From positions 5,579 through 69,578 of the forward strand of contig DATBAJ010000060.1 in the NCBI GenBank assembly GCA_036271575.1: DNA of 64,000 bases, read 5' to 3'. The stretch is from Gammaproteobacteria bacterium (lineage in GTDB: Bacteria; Pseudomonadota; Gammaproteobacteria; Natronospirales; REEB76). Every line of letters begins with the position of its first letter. Position 1 is the stretch's first letter. The notes beneath the pieces are model-generated. The model was not told the DNA's origin. It saw nothing but the letters and a program-made list of their open reading frames with translations, and searched no databases. Made by a program: the position numbers and the translations under genes. Below, piece by piece: positions 53,903 through 64,000 of the stretch.

Positions 53903-55284
53903 TGAAGCGACCTGCCTCCGATGCCCTGGTGCTGTTCGGCGCCACCGGCGATCTCGCCAACAAGATGCTGTACCCCGCGCTGCAGGCGCTGGTGAAGCAC
54001 GAGCACTTCGACATGCCGGTGATCGGCGTGTCCCGCTCGGAATGGAGCGACCAACAACTGCGCGAACGCGCCAGTGAGAGCGTGCAGCGGCAACACGCCT
54101 TGGATCCGCATGCTTTCAGCAAGCTCGCGGGCATGCTGCACTATGTGCCGGGCGATTACCGGGATCCTGCCACCTTCGACAAGCTGAAGAAGGCGCTGGA
54201 TGGCGCGCAGCACCCGCTGTATTACCTGGCCATCCCGCCGGAGACCTATGGCGACGTGGTGAAAGGCTTGGGCAGGATCGAGGCCACCCGCGGTGCGCGG
54301 GTGGTGGCGGAGAAGCCCTTCGGCCGCGATCTGGCCTCGGCCCGCGCGCTGAACCGCACCCTGCATGGCCTGTTCGATGAGGACGCCATCCTGCGCATCG
54401 ACCATTATCTCGGCAAGGAGACGGTGCTGAACCTGCCGTACTTCCGCTTCGCCAACAGCTTCATCGAACCCATCTGGAACCGCAACCAGATACGCAGCGT
54501 GCAGATCACCATGGCCGAAGAGTTCGGCATCGGCAGCCGCGGCAAGTTGTACGAGTCCCTGGGCGCGATACGCGACGTGGTGCAGAACCACATGCTGCAG
54601 GTGGTGGCCATGCTGGCCATGGAACCGCCGCAGGGCGAGGGCGGCGAGGCCTTCCGCGACGAGAAAGTGAAGGTGTTCAAGAGCATCCGCCCGCTCACGG
54701 CGGAGGACGTGGTGCGCGGCCAGTACCGGGGCTACCGGCAAGAGGCGGAGGTGGCGCCGGACTCGGACACCGAGACCTTCGCCGCCCTGCGCCTGCACCT
54801 CGACTCCTGGCGCTGGGCCGGCGTGCCGTTCTTCATCCGCGCCGGCAAATGCCTGCCGGTGACCGCCACGGAAGTGATGGTGGAACTCAAACGCCCTCCG
54901 CAGAAGGTGTTCGCCGAGCGGCGGCCGCGGCATGCCAACCACGTGCGCTTCCAGTTGGGCCCGGACCGGATGGCCATCGGCATCGGCATGCGCGCCAAAC
55001 GCCCCGGTCCGGAGATGGTGGGCGAGGACATGGAGCTCTTCGTCTGCGACCGCGAGCACGAGGGCATGAGCGCCTACCAGCGCCTGATCGGCGACGCCAT
55101 CCGTGGCGACGTGTCGCAGTTCGACCGTGAAGACGGCGTGGAGCAGGCCTGGCGCATCATGGAACCGGTGCTGCAGCAGCCCACGCTTTTGCACGAGTAC
55201 GCCCGGGGTAGCTGGGGACCGCCGCAAGCGGATGCGCTCACCGCCCGCTATGGTGGTTGGCACGTGCCGCGGACCAAGGCGTGA
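53902..55284 (+). CDS. zwf: Glucose-6-phosphate 1-dehydrogenase
   Basis: 'GATGDLA','EKPFG','RIDHYLGKE','RDVVQNH'. Confidence 0.96.
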   Translation: MKRPASDALVLFGATGDLANKMLYPALQALVKHEHFDMPVIGVSRSEWSDQQLRERASESVQRQHALDPHAFSKLAGMLHYVPGDYRDPATFDKLKKALDGAQHPLYYLAIPPETYGDVVKGLGRIEATRGARVVAEKPFGRDLASARALNRTLHGLFDEDAILRIDHYLGKETVLNLPYFRFANSFIEPIWNRNQIRSVQITMAEEFGIGSRGKLYESLGAIRDVVQNHMLQVVAMLAMEPPQGEGGEAFRDEKVKVFKSIRPLTAEDVVRGQYRGYRQEAEVAPDSDTETFAALRLHLDSWRWAGVPFFIRAGKCLPVTATEVMVELKRPPQKVFAERRPRHANHVRFQLGPDRMAIGIGMRAKRPGPEMVGEDMELFVCDREHEGMSAYQRLIGDAIRGDVSQFDREDGVEQAWRIMEPVLQQPTLLHEYARGSWGPPQADALTARYGGWHVPRTKA

Positions 55285-56024
55285 ACCCGGCTACGCCGCA
55301 GGCACGCATGGCGCAGGCCGAGCGCGGCATGCAGATCTACGTGGCTGAGGACCCCGCCGCCGCCGCCGGGCAAGCGGCGCAATGGATCGCCCGCCATATC
55401 CGGCAGACGGTGCAGCGTGACAACCGCTGCGTGCTGGCGTTGAGCGGAGGGCGCACGCCCCAGGCCATGTTCGCCGCCTTGGCAGAAGCCGATGTCCCCT
55501 GGAAGTCCGTGCATCTGGTGCAGGTGGACGAACGCCTTGCGCCGCTGGGCGATGCGGCACGCAACCTGACCCATCTGCAGCACGATCTCCTGGATCGGGT
55601 GCCCCTGCCTCGCAAGCAGGTGTATCGCATGCCCGCGGAAGCGGACGATCCGGTGGCCGCGGCGCGGCGCTACGCCAAGACCCTGGAGGCGCTGGCCGGT
55701 TCACCGCCGGTGTTCGACATCGTGCATCTGGGCCTGGGCGACGACGGCCACACCGCTTCCCTGGTGCCGGAGGATCCGGTGCTGGAGGTGCGCGACGAAG
55801 AGGTAGCGGTGACCGCCATCTACCAGGGTCGGCGCCGCATGACCTTGACCTATCCCGCCTTGGATCGCGCGCGTCACCGGCTATGGCTGGTGACCGGTGC
55901 CGACAAGTCATCCATGTTGGACCGGCTGTTGAACGGCGATCCCTCCATCCCGGCGGGCCGGGTGGAGTCGCGGTACTCGGTGGTGTTCGCCGATCGCGCC
56001 GCCACGGGCGGGACCGCTGCATGA
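55281..56024 (+). CDS. pgl: 6-phosphogluconolactonase (start uncertain: 55281 GTG or 55329 ATG)
   Basis: 'LSGGRTP','VDER','LGLG.DGHTASL','RMTLT'. Confidence 0.93.
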   Translation: MNPATPQARMAQAERGMQIYVAEDPAAAAGQAAQWIARHIRQTVQRDNRCVLALSGGRTPQAMFAALAEADVPWKSVHLVQVDERLAPLGDAARNLTHLQHDLLDRVPLPRKQVYRMPAEADDPVAAARRYAKTLEALAGSPPVFDIVHLGLGDDGHTASLVPEDPVLEVRDEEVAVTAIYQGRRRMTLTYPALDRARHRLWLVTGADKSSMLDRLLNGDPSIPAGRVESRYSVVFADRAATGGTAA

Positions 56025-56081
56025 ATACCGGCAGTGGGCCGGATGTCATACTTTAGCCGTCCTACGTAGAGGGCGACCTCG

Positions 56082-57029
56082 ATGCAAGCACGCAAGATCC
56101 TGGCGGCCGATCTCGGCGGGACCCACGCACGGTTCCTGCTGACGGGAGACTCCGAGCGTTTCACGCCGGATGCGCTGCTCGAGTTACCGAGCGCTGATTT
56201 CAAGGATATGGATTCGCTGGTGGCGGAGGCGTTGAAGCGCCTCAAGCTCCACGACGGCGCGGGTGTGCGCGCGATGCTGGCGGTGGCAGGACCGGTGCAC
56301 GGGGGCCGCGCCAAGCTCACCAACCTCTCCTGGAGCATCGACGCCGAGGCGCTGCAACGTACTTTCAGTTTCCACAGCGTAGGCGTGCTCAACGACCTGG
56401 CGGCGGCGGCCTGGGCCTTGTCGGACGGCCCGCCGCAGGGACTTAGGGAGTTACGACACGGCTCGGACCAAGGCCGCCAGGTGGTGATCAGCGTGAGCAC
56501 CGGCGTCGGCACCGCGTATTGGTCCAAAGCGGGCGATCAGGTGCAGGTGGATGCGGCCGAGAGTGGCCACGCCGGGTTCGCCGCCATGGATGAGTGGGCG
56601 CTCGGGTTCCTGAAGGAGTTGCAGCGCAAGCATGGGGCGCGCATCAGTTGGGAGCGGGTGCTGTCGGGTTCGGGCCTCGCGGCCATGGACGCCTATCTGC
56701 GCCATGGCGAGATCCTGGCGGCAGCCGAGGTGGCGCGGCGCGCCAAGGCTGAGGAGGCCGTGGCGACCCAGGCAGTGCGCCATTTCTCGCAGCTGCTGGG
56801 CGCCTTCGCCGGCGACCTGGTGTTGGCGGGGCCGGCGACGGGCGGGGTCTGGCTCATGGGCGGCGTGCTGGCGGGCCTGGGGTCCTGCTTCGATGGCGAA
56901 GCATTCCTGAAGGGTTTCGACGACAAGGGACGGCTCTCAGGCCAGTTGGCAGGGGTATCCGTGCAGTTGACCAGCGATGACCGCCTGGGCCTGCGCGGGG
57001 CCTGGGTGTTGGCGCGGCACCCGGCCTGA
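56082..57029 (+). CDS. glk: Glucokinase (divergent)
   Basis: 'ADLGGTHARF','VAGPV','LTN..W','LND','ESGH','ER.LSG.GL','F..KGR'. Confidence 0.85.
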   Translation: MQARKILAADLGGTHARFLLTGDSERFTPDALLELPSADFKDMDSLVAEALKRLKLHDGAGVRAMLAVAGPVHGGRAKLTNLSWSIDAEALQRTFSFHSVGVLNDLAAAAWALSDGPPQGLRELRHGSDQGRQVVISVSTGVGTAYWSKAGDQVQVDAAESGHAGFAAMDEWALGFLKELQRKHGARISWERVLSGSGLAAMDAYLRHGEILAAAEVARRAKAEEAVATQAVRHFSQLLGAFAGDLVLAGPATGGVWLMGGVLAGLGSCFDGEAFLKGFDDKGRLSGQLAGVSVQLTSDDRLGLRGAWVLARHPA

Positions 57030-57126
57030 ATACATATATAGAGGTGGTGGTCTCACCACCGCCCGACGCTTAAGGGATCCCCTGCCTGTTTTGCGACCTT
57101 TTGGCTTTCCGGAGCATCTTAAGGAT

Positions 57127-57717
57127 ATGAGCAGCCGCTTCGACCAGAGCATCCCGGATGGGGTGCTGGAACGGGCCAGGGCGGGCGACCGTGGCGCCCA
57201 GGCGGAGCTTTATGCGGCTTTCGGCCAGCCGGTGTTCGGCCTGGCGCGACGCATGCTCGGACGCGCGGATCTGGCGGACGACGTGCTGCAGGAGACCTTC
57301 ATCGAGGTGTTGAAGGGTCTGTCGAAGTTCCGCGGCGAGGCGCCGCTCGGCATGTGGATACGGCGCATCGCGGTGAACGAATGCCTGATGCAGCTGCGTT
57401 CCCATTGGCACCGCTTCCGCCTGCCGATGAGCTCAGGGAACGACGGCACGCCGGTGGAGGAATGGCTCACGGCGGACGAGCCGCCGCCGGACAAGGGTCT
57501 GGACGTGGAGCGGGCCCTGGATGCCCTCTCACCGGAGGCGCGTGCGGTGGTGTGGCTGCACGACGTGGAAGGTTATACACATGTGGAGATCGCGCGGCTC
57601 ATGCACGCGACCCCGAGTTTCTCGAAGTCGCAGCTGGCACGGGCTTACGTGCGGATGCGGCAATGGGCCGGAAGGCCGGATGAGGTGGAACCATGCATGC
57701 CAGTCTTGAACAGCTGA
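57127..57717 (+). CDS. ECF RNA polymerase sigma factor
   Basis: 'ADDVLQETF' region 2, 'WIRRIAVN', region 4 'LHDVEGYTHVEIA..M..TPSFSKSQLARA'. Confidence 0.92.
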   Translation: MSSRFDQSIPDGVLERARAGDRGAQAELYAAFGQPVFGLARRMLGRADLADDVLQETFIEVLKGLSKFRGEAPLGMWIRRIAVNECLMQLRSHWHRFRLPMSSGNDGTPVEEWLTADEPPPDKGLDVERALDALSPEARAVVWLHDVEGYTHVEIARLMHATPSFSKSQLARAYVRMRQWAGRPDEVEPCMPVLNS

Positions 57718-58319
57718 TCGGGCTCCGCGACGAGGAGCCGGTCTCGGTGGAAGTGCAGCAGCACGTACGCGGTTGTGGGCAGTGTGCCGCGGCGCTGAAC
57801 GGCCTGTTGGCAGCATGCGAGCGGCTCACGGCGCTGGCCGATCCTCTACCGCCGCCCGACGCCTGGCAGCGCATCGCGGTCGCATCGGACCGGTCGCGGT
57901 ACCGCCGCCGCTGGTTGCCGGCCGCCGGTCTTGGGCTCGCGGCGACCGCCGCGGCGGCGGCGCTGTTGGTGGTGAACCTGCATGTGAAGCCGGTGCCGGC
58001 GCGCAACGACACGGCGGTGGTGACCCCCAGCGGCGGCCAGCCGGCGGACGTGAACCAGCTCATGGCCCAGTCCCGCTACCTGGAACGCGCGGTGCTGAAG
58101 CTGGACGGTCCGGCGGACAGCATGGCGGTGAGCGCGGATACCGCCAGCACCGTGGCGGCGCTGGAAGACCGCATCGCTGTCGTGGACTACGAGATCAACA
58201 GCGCGGCGGGCGTGGACAACGACGACCCGCATATGGTGCAACTCTGGAAGCAGCGGGTGAACCTGCTGCAATCCCTGGCCGCTGTGCGTTACGCCCAGGT
58301 GGCGGACGCCGGCATCTGA
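57693..58319 (+). CDS. Membrane anti-sigma factor with ZAS motif
   Basis: HxxxCxxC ('HVRGCGQC'), one TM, helical C-terminal domain; overlaps sigma gene. Confidence 0.8.
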   Translation: MHASLEQLIGLRDEEPVSVEVQQHVRGCGQCAAALNGLLAACERLTALADPLPPPDAWQRIAVASDRSRYRRRWLPAAGLGLAATAAAAALLVVNLHVKPVPARNDTAVVTPSGGQPADVNQLMAQSRYLERAVLKLDGPADSMAVSADTASTVAALEDRIAVVDYEINSAAGVDNDDPHMVQLWKQRVNLLQSLAAVRYAQVADAGI

Positions 58320-58344
58320 TGGATACAGCAACGAGGTGGATGTC

Positions 58345-59400
58345 ATGAACAGCCTGAAGTTCACGGTGATGATGCTGGGAGGCCTGGCGACGCTACCGCC
58401 GGCTTTCGCTGACAGCTCCGCGCCGCCGGCGCCGTCGAAGGGCACGCCCGCGCCGAGCGGCACCGTGCAGGACCAGCAGCAGATGGAACAACAACTGGAA
58501 CAGGCGCGCCAGCAGCTGCAGCAAGACGCGCGCCGGGTGGCAGAGCTCTCCATGCAGCTGAACGGCGATGCCATGACCCGGATGGCGGAGGCTCGGGCAC
58601 GGATGGAGAACCTCAACCATCGCGGCTTCCTCGGTATCGACCTTGGCGACGACGATGATGCCAAGAACGCCGGCGTGACCGTCTCGGCCGTGACGCCCGG
58701 CGGTCCGGCGGAGAAAGCCGGACTGCGCGAGGGCGATGTGATCACCGGCATCAACGGCACGAGCTTCAAGGCTTCCGGCGACGACGGTGCCTCCGATAAG
58801 CTGGTGGAGTTCATGCGCGACACCAAGCCAGGCGACACCCTGAAGGTGGCCTATACCCGCGGTGGCAAGAGCGCCACGGCGAACGTCACTGCCGGTAACC
58901 TCTCCGGGATGGGCCGCTTCGCCTTCTCTATGCCGCCGATGCCCCCCATCCCGCCCATGGCTCCGATCCCGCCCATGCCACCGACGCCTCCCACCACACC
59001 GGTGGGCCCGTGGCGGGGCTTCAACATGTTCTTCGGTCCCGGCAGCCACTGGGGTGAGATGCAACTCGTGGCCATGACGCCGGGCCTGGGCCAGTACTTC
59101 GGTACCGATAAGGGTCTCCTGGTGCTGCACATGCCCAAGGACTCGGTGCTGCAACTGCAGGAAGGCGACGTGATCGTGCAGGTGGGCGGCCGTGATCCGG
59201 GCAACGCGCCCCATGCCATGCGCATCCTGAGTTCCTATGGCCCGGGCGAGAGCGTGAAGCTCGACATCATGCGCAAGGGCAAGCCGGTCAGCCTGAACGT
59301 GACCATGCCCAAGGCCGGCGACGAGGACAGCTCCAGTGCGTTCAACTGGTCGGGGCTGATATTCGACGGCGGTGATGATGGGAGTGACCAGGGACGCTAG
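58345..59400 (+). CDS. Exported tandem-PDZ protein without protease domain
   Basis: Signal peptide, Q-rich coil,'FLGI...V.PGGPAEKAGL.EGDVI..ING', Pro-rich linker, second 'LQEGDVI..VGG'. Confidence 0.85.
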   Translation: MNSLKFTVMMLGGLATLPPAFADSSAPPAPSKGTPAPSGTVQDQQQMEQQLEQARQQLQQDARRVAELSMQLNGDAMTRMAEARARMENLNHRGFLGIDLGDDDDAKNAGVTVSAVTPGGPAEKAGLREGDVITGINGTSFKASGDDGASDKLVEFMRDTKPGDTLKVAYTRGGKSATANVTAGNLSGMGRFAFSMPPMPPIPPMAPIPPMPPTPPTTPVGPWRGFNMFFGPGSHWGEMQLVAMTPGLGQYFGTDKGLLVLHMPKDSVLQLQEGDVIVQVGGRDPGNAPHAMRILSSYGPGESVKLDIMRKGKPVSLNVTMPKAGDEDSSSAFNWSGLIFDGGDDGSDQGR

Positions 59401-59429
59401 TTTCTTGTTGGACGTTGGACCCCCGTTTG

Positions 59430-59456
59430 GGCGGCCGCAAAGGCCGCCTTTTTTTT
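59430..59456 (+). terminator. Intrinsic terminator after ECF-PDZ operon
   Basis: GGCGGCC-GCAAA-GGCCGCC-TTTTTTTT. Confidence 0.85.
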
Positions 59457-59475
59457 GCTGTAACATTCGCTGCCT

Positions 59476-61625
<2,150 letters not shown>

Positions 61626-61728
61626 GGTTTTCCGGGGGGTTCCGCTGCCCTCGAACCGCCGGACGTTGTAGAATCCGCCCTCTCGCCGGGCCCAAGCGCC
61701 CGGCTTCGTTTGCAGCAGGACACGCCCC

Positions 61729-62055
61729 ATGAGCTTCTTCATCTCCGATGCCTACGCCGCCGGCGGCGGCCCCCAGGACAACGGCCTGGGCTCGATCCTC
61801 CTGATCGTGCTCATGATCGTGGCCTTCTACTTCCTGCTGTGGCGCCCCCAGCAGAAGCGCACCAAGGAACACCAGCAGCTCCTGTCCAACCTGGGCAAGG
61901 GCGACGAGGTGGCCACCACCAGCGGCATACTCGGCAAGGTCAAGGACATCGGCGAGCAGTTCGTCACCCTCGAGATCGCCAGCGGCGTCGAGGTCAAGAT
62001 CCAGAAGCAGGCCGTCGGCGCAGTGATGCCGAAGGGCACCCTCAAGAACATCTGA
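61729..62055 (+). CDS. yajC: Preprotein translocase subunit YajC
   Basis: 'FYFLLWRPQQKR.KEH','KGDEV.T..GI.G','PKGTLK'. Confidence 0.96.
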   Translation: MSFFISDAYAAGGGPQDNGLGSILLIVLMIVAFYFLLWRPQQKRTKEHQQLLSNLGKGDEVATTSGILGKVKDIGEQFVTLEIASGVEVKIQKQAVGAVMPKGTLKNI

Positions 62056-62070
62056 TCCAGGGACGTCTCC

Positions 62071-63915
62071 ATGAATCGCTATCCATTGTGGAAGAACCTG
62101 CTGGTGATCGTGATCACCGCGCTGGGCCTGTTCTACGCGCTGCCCAACCTGTACGGCGAGGATCCCTCGGTGCAGGTCTCATCCAAGGTCGCCGCGCTGA
62201 GCACGGATAACCAGCAGCAGGTGGAACAGGCACTCAAGGCCGCCAAGGTGGACTACACCGTCGCCGCCATCGAGGACAAGATCCTGGTGGTGCGTTTCCC
62301 CGATACCGACGCCCAACTGCATGGGCTGGATGTGATCCGCCAGTCGTTGGGTGCGACCTTCACCGCAGCCATGAACCTTGCGCCGCGCACCCCGGCCTGG
62401 ATGCAGGCCATGGGTATGAAGCCCATGGCCAAGGGCCTGGACCTGCAGGGCGGCGTGCACTTCCAGTTGCTGGTTGACTTGAACGCCGCGGCCCAGAGCA
62501 AGCTGCAGCGCATCTCCAACGACATCCGCGGCGCCATGCGCGCCAAGCTGATCCGCTATGAAGACGTGTCCCTGACCGGCGATACCATCACCCTCGCCCT
62601 GCAATCGCCCACCGACCTCGCCAATGCGCGGGACCTGTTGAAGAACCAGTATCCCGACCTGACGGTGGTGCCGGGCAGCGCGCCCAACAGCTTGCTGGCC
62701 TCCATGGCGCCGCAGAATATCCAGGACCTGCGCCAGCAGGCGGTGGAACAGAACATCACCACCCTGCGCAACCGCGTGAACGAGCTTGGCGTCGCTGAGC
62801 CCATCGTGCAGCAACAGGGAGCGAGCAGCATCGTGGTGGAGCTGCCCGGCGTGCAGGACGCGGCCCATGCCAAGGACATCCTGGGCGGCACCGCGACCCT
62901 GGAGTTCCGCCTGGTGGACTACACCGGCAATGCCCAGGAAGCGCAACAGACCAGCCACGTGCCGCTGGATGACCAGCTGTTCACCAACAAGGCAGGCGGC
63001 CCGGTGCTGCTGAAGCGCGACGTGATCGCCAGCGGCGACCAGCTGATCAACGCCCAATCCGGCGTGAGCCAGGATCAGGGCACGCCGGACGTGAACGTGA
63101 CGCTCGATTCCGCCGCAGCCAGCAAGATGGGTGACACCACCCGCCAGAACCTGGGCAAGCCCATGGCGGTGCTGTTCATCGAGACCAAGAGCGACACCAA
63201 GATGGTGGACGGCCAGCCGGTCATCACCCACAACAAGGTGTACACGGTCATCAACGTGGCCACCATCCAGGGCATCTTCAGCAAGAATTTCCAGATCACG
63301 GGCCTGCAACAGGACGAGGCCAAGGACCTGGCGATCATGTTGCGCGCGGGCTCACTTGCGGCGCCCATGGACTTCATCGAGGAACGCACCGTGGGCCCGA
63401 GCCTGGGTGCGGAGAACATCAAGCAGGGTTTCTATGCCGCGCTGCTGGGCTTCGTCCTGGTGGTGGTGTTCATGGCGCTCTACTACAAGGTGTTCGGCGT
63501 GATCGCCGACCTGGCCGTGTTCATGAACCTGGTGCTGACCGTGGCATTGCTGTCGCTGATCCAGGCCACCCTGACCCTGCCCGGCATCGCCGGCATCGTG
63601 CTGACCTTGGGCATGGGCGTGGATGCCAACGTGCTCATCAACGAGCGCGTCCGCGAGGAAGTGCGCAACGGCAACACGCCGCAGGCGGCCATCCACGCCG
63701 GCTATGAGCGCGCCTTCGCCACCATCGTCGATGCCCACGTGACCACCCTGATCGCGGCGTTCATGCTGTTCCTGTTCGGCAGCGGCCCGGTGAAGGGCTT
63801 CGCCGTGACCTTGACGCTCGGCATCATCACCTCGCTGTTCACCGCCATCATGGGCACCCGTTCCATCGTGAACGGCGTGTTCGGCGGTCGGAAGCTCGAC
63901 AAGCTGCCGGTATAG
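62071..63915 (+). CDS. secD: Protein translocase subunit SecD
   Basis: 'MNRYPLWK','GLDLQGG','RVNELGVAEP','VGPSLG','TLPGIAG','VDANVLI.ER'. Confidence 0.97.
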   Translation: MNRYPLWKNLLVIVITALGLFYALPNLYGEDPSVQVSSKVAALSTDNQQQVEQALKAAKVDYTVAAIEDKILVVRFPDTDAQLHGLDVIRQSLGATFTAAMNLAPRTPAWMQAMGMKPMAKGLDLQGGVHFQLLVDLNAAAQSKLQRISNDIRGAMRAKLIRYEDVSLTGDTITLALQSPTDLANARDLLKNQYPDLTVVPGSAPNSLLASMAPQNIQDLRQQAVEQNITTLRNRVNELGVAEPIVQQQGASSIVVELPGVQDAAHAKDILGGTATLEFRLVDYTGNAQEAQQTSHVPLDDQLFTNKAGGPVLLKRDVIASGDQLINAQSGVSQDQGTPDVNVTLDSAAASKMGDTTRQNLGKPMAVLFIETKSDTKMVDGQPVITHNKVYTVINVATIQGIFSKNFQITGLQQDEAKDLAIMLRAGSLAAPMDFIEERTVGPSLGAENIKQGFYAALLGFVLVVVFMALYYKVFGVIADLAVFMNLVLTVALLSLIQATLTLPGIAGIVLTLGMGVDANVLINERVREEVRNGNTPQAAIHAGYERAFATIVDAHVTTLIAAFMLFLFGSGPVKGFAVTLTLGIITSLFTAIMGTRSIVNGVFGGRKLDKLPV

Positions 63916-63933
63916 GCCTCGGAGTAAACGACC

Positions 63934-64000
63934 ATGGAATTCTTCCACAAAGTCCCGCACATCAACTTCCTCGGCGTCCGCAAGCTCGCCATGGGCATGT
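63934..64000 (+). CDS. secF: Protein translocase subunit SecF (5' fragment)
   Basis: MEFFHKVPHINFLGVRKLAMGM... immediately after secD. Confidence 0.8.
   Translation, partial: MEFFHKVPHINFLGVRKLAMGM

Overview
High-GC DNA with gammaproteobacterial-style housekeeping synteny (xerD-dsbC, fdxA, queA-tgt-yajC-secD-secF). From left to right: partial MFS transporter; alpha/beta-hydrolase lipoprotein; a TtpB/TtpC/ExbB/TonB/TPR operon with no exbD; plsC; xerD-dsbC; ferredoxin; NUDIX hydrolase; tRNA-Leu(CAA); a cNMP-binding thioredoxin-reductase-like gene plus UBP zinc-finger gene; a degenerate cyclase-FHA gene; a ~27 kb type VI secretion cluster (13690-40407) with all 13 core tss functions; a catalytically dead trypsin-like gene; a 1958-aa repeat adhesin; cytochrome bd (cydAB plus an uncalled 38-aa membrane peptide); a pentose-phosphate/glucose cluster; an ECF sigma/ZAS anti-sigma/PDZ operon; and queA-tgt-yajC-secD-secF'. 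The most unusual signals are three. (1) The T6SS VgrG stops right after its OB-fold, while a separate gene five ORFs downstream encodes about 18 octapeptide gp5-like beta-helix repeats, suggesting a split spike. (2) A second, naturally fused TssB-TssC sheath protein lacks the ClpV-docking helix and sits next to a second divergent Hcp and TssE. (3) The adhesin carries an internal GlyGly-CTERM-like anchor followed by a second signal-like peptide and an 8-stranded barrel, suggesting a polyprotein. No transposase, phage genes or CRISPR array were seen. All family calls are by eye from motifs and gene order; no database searches were run.
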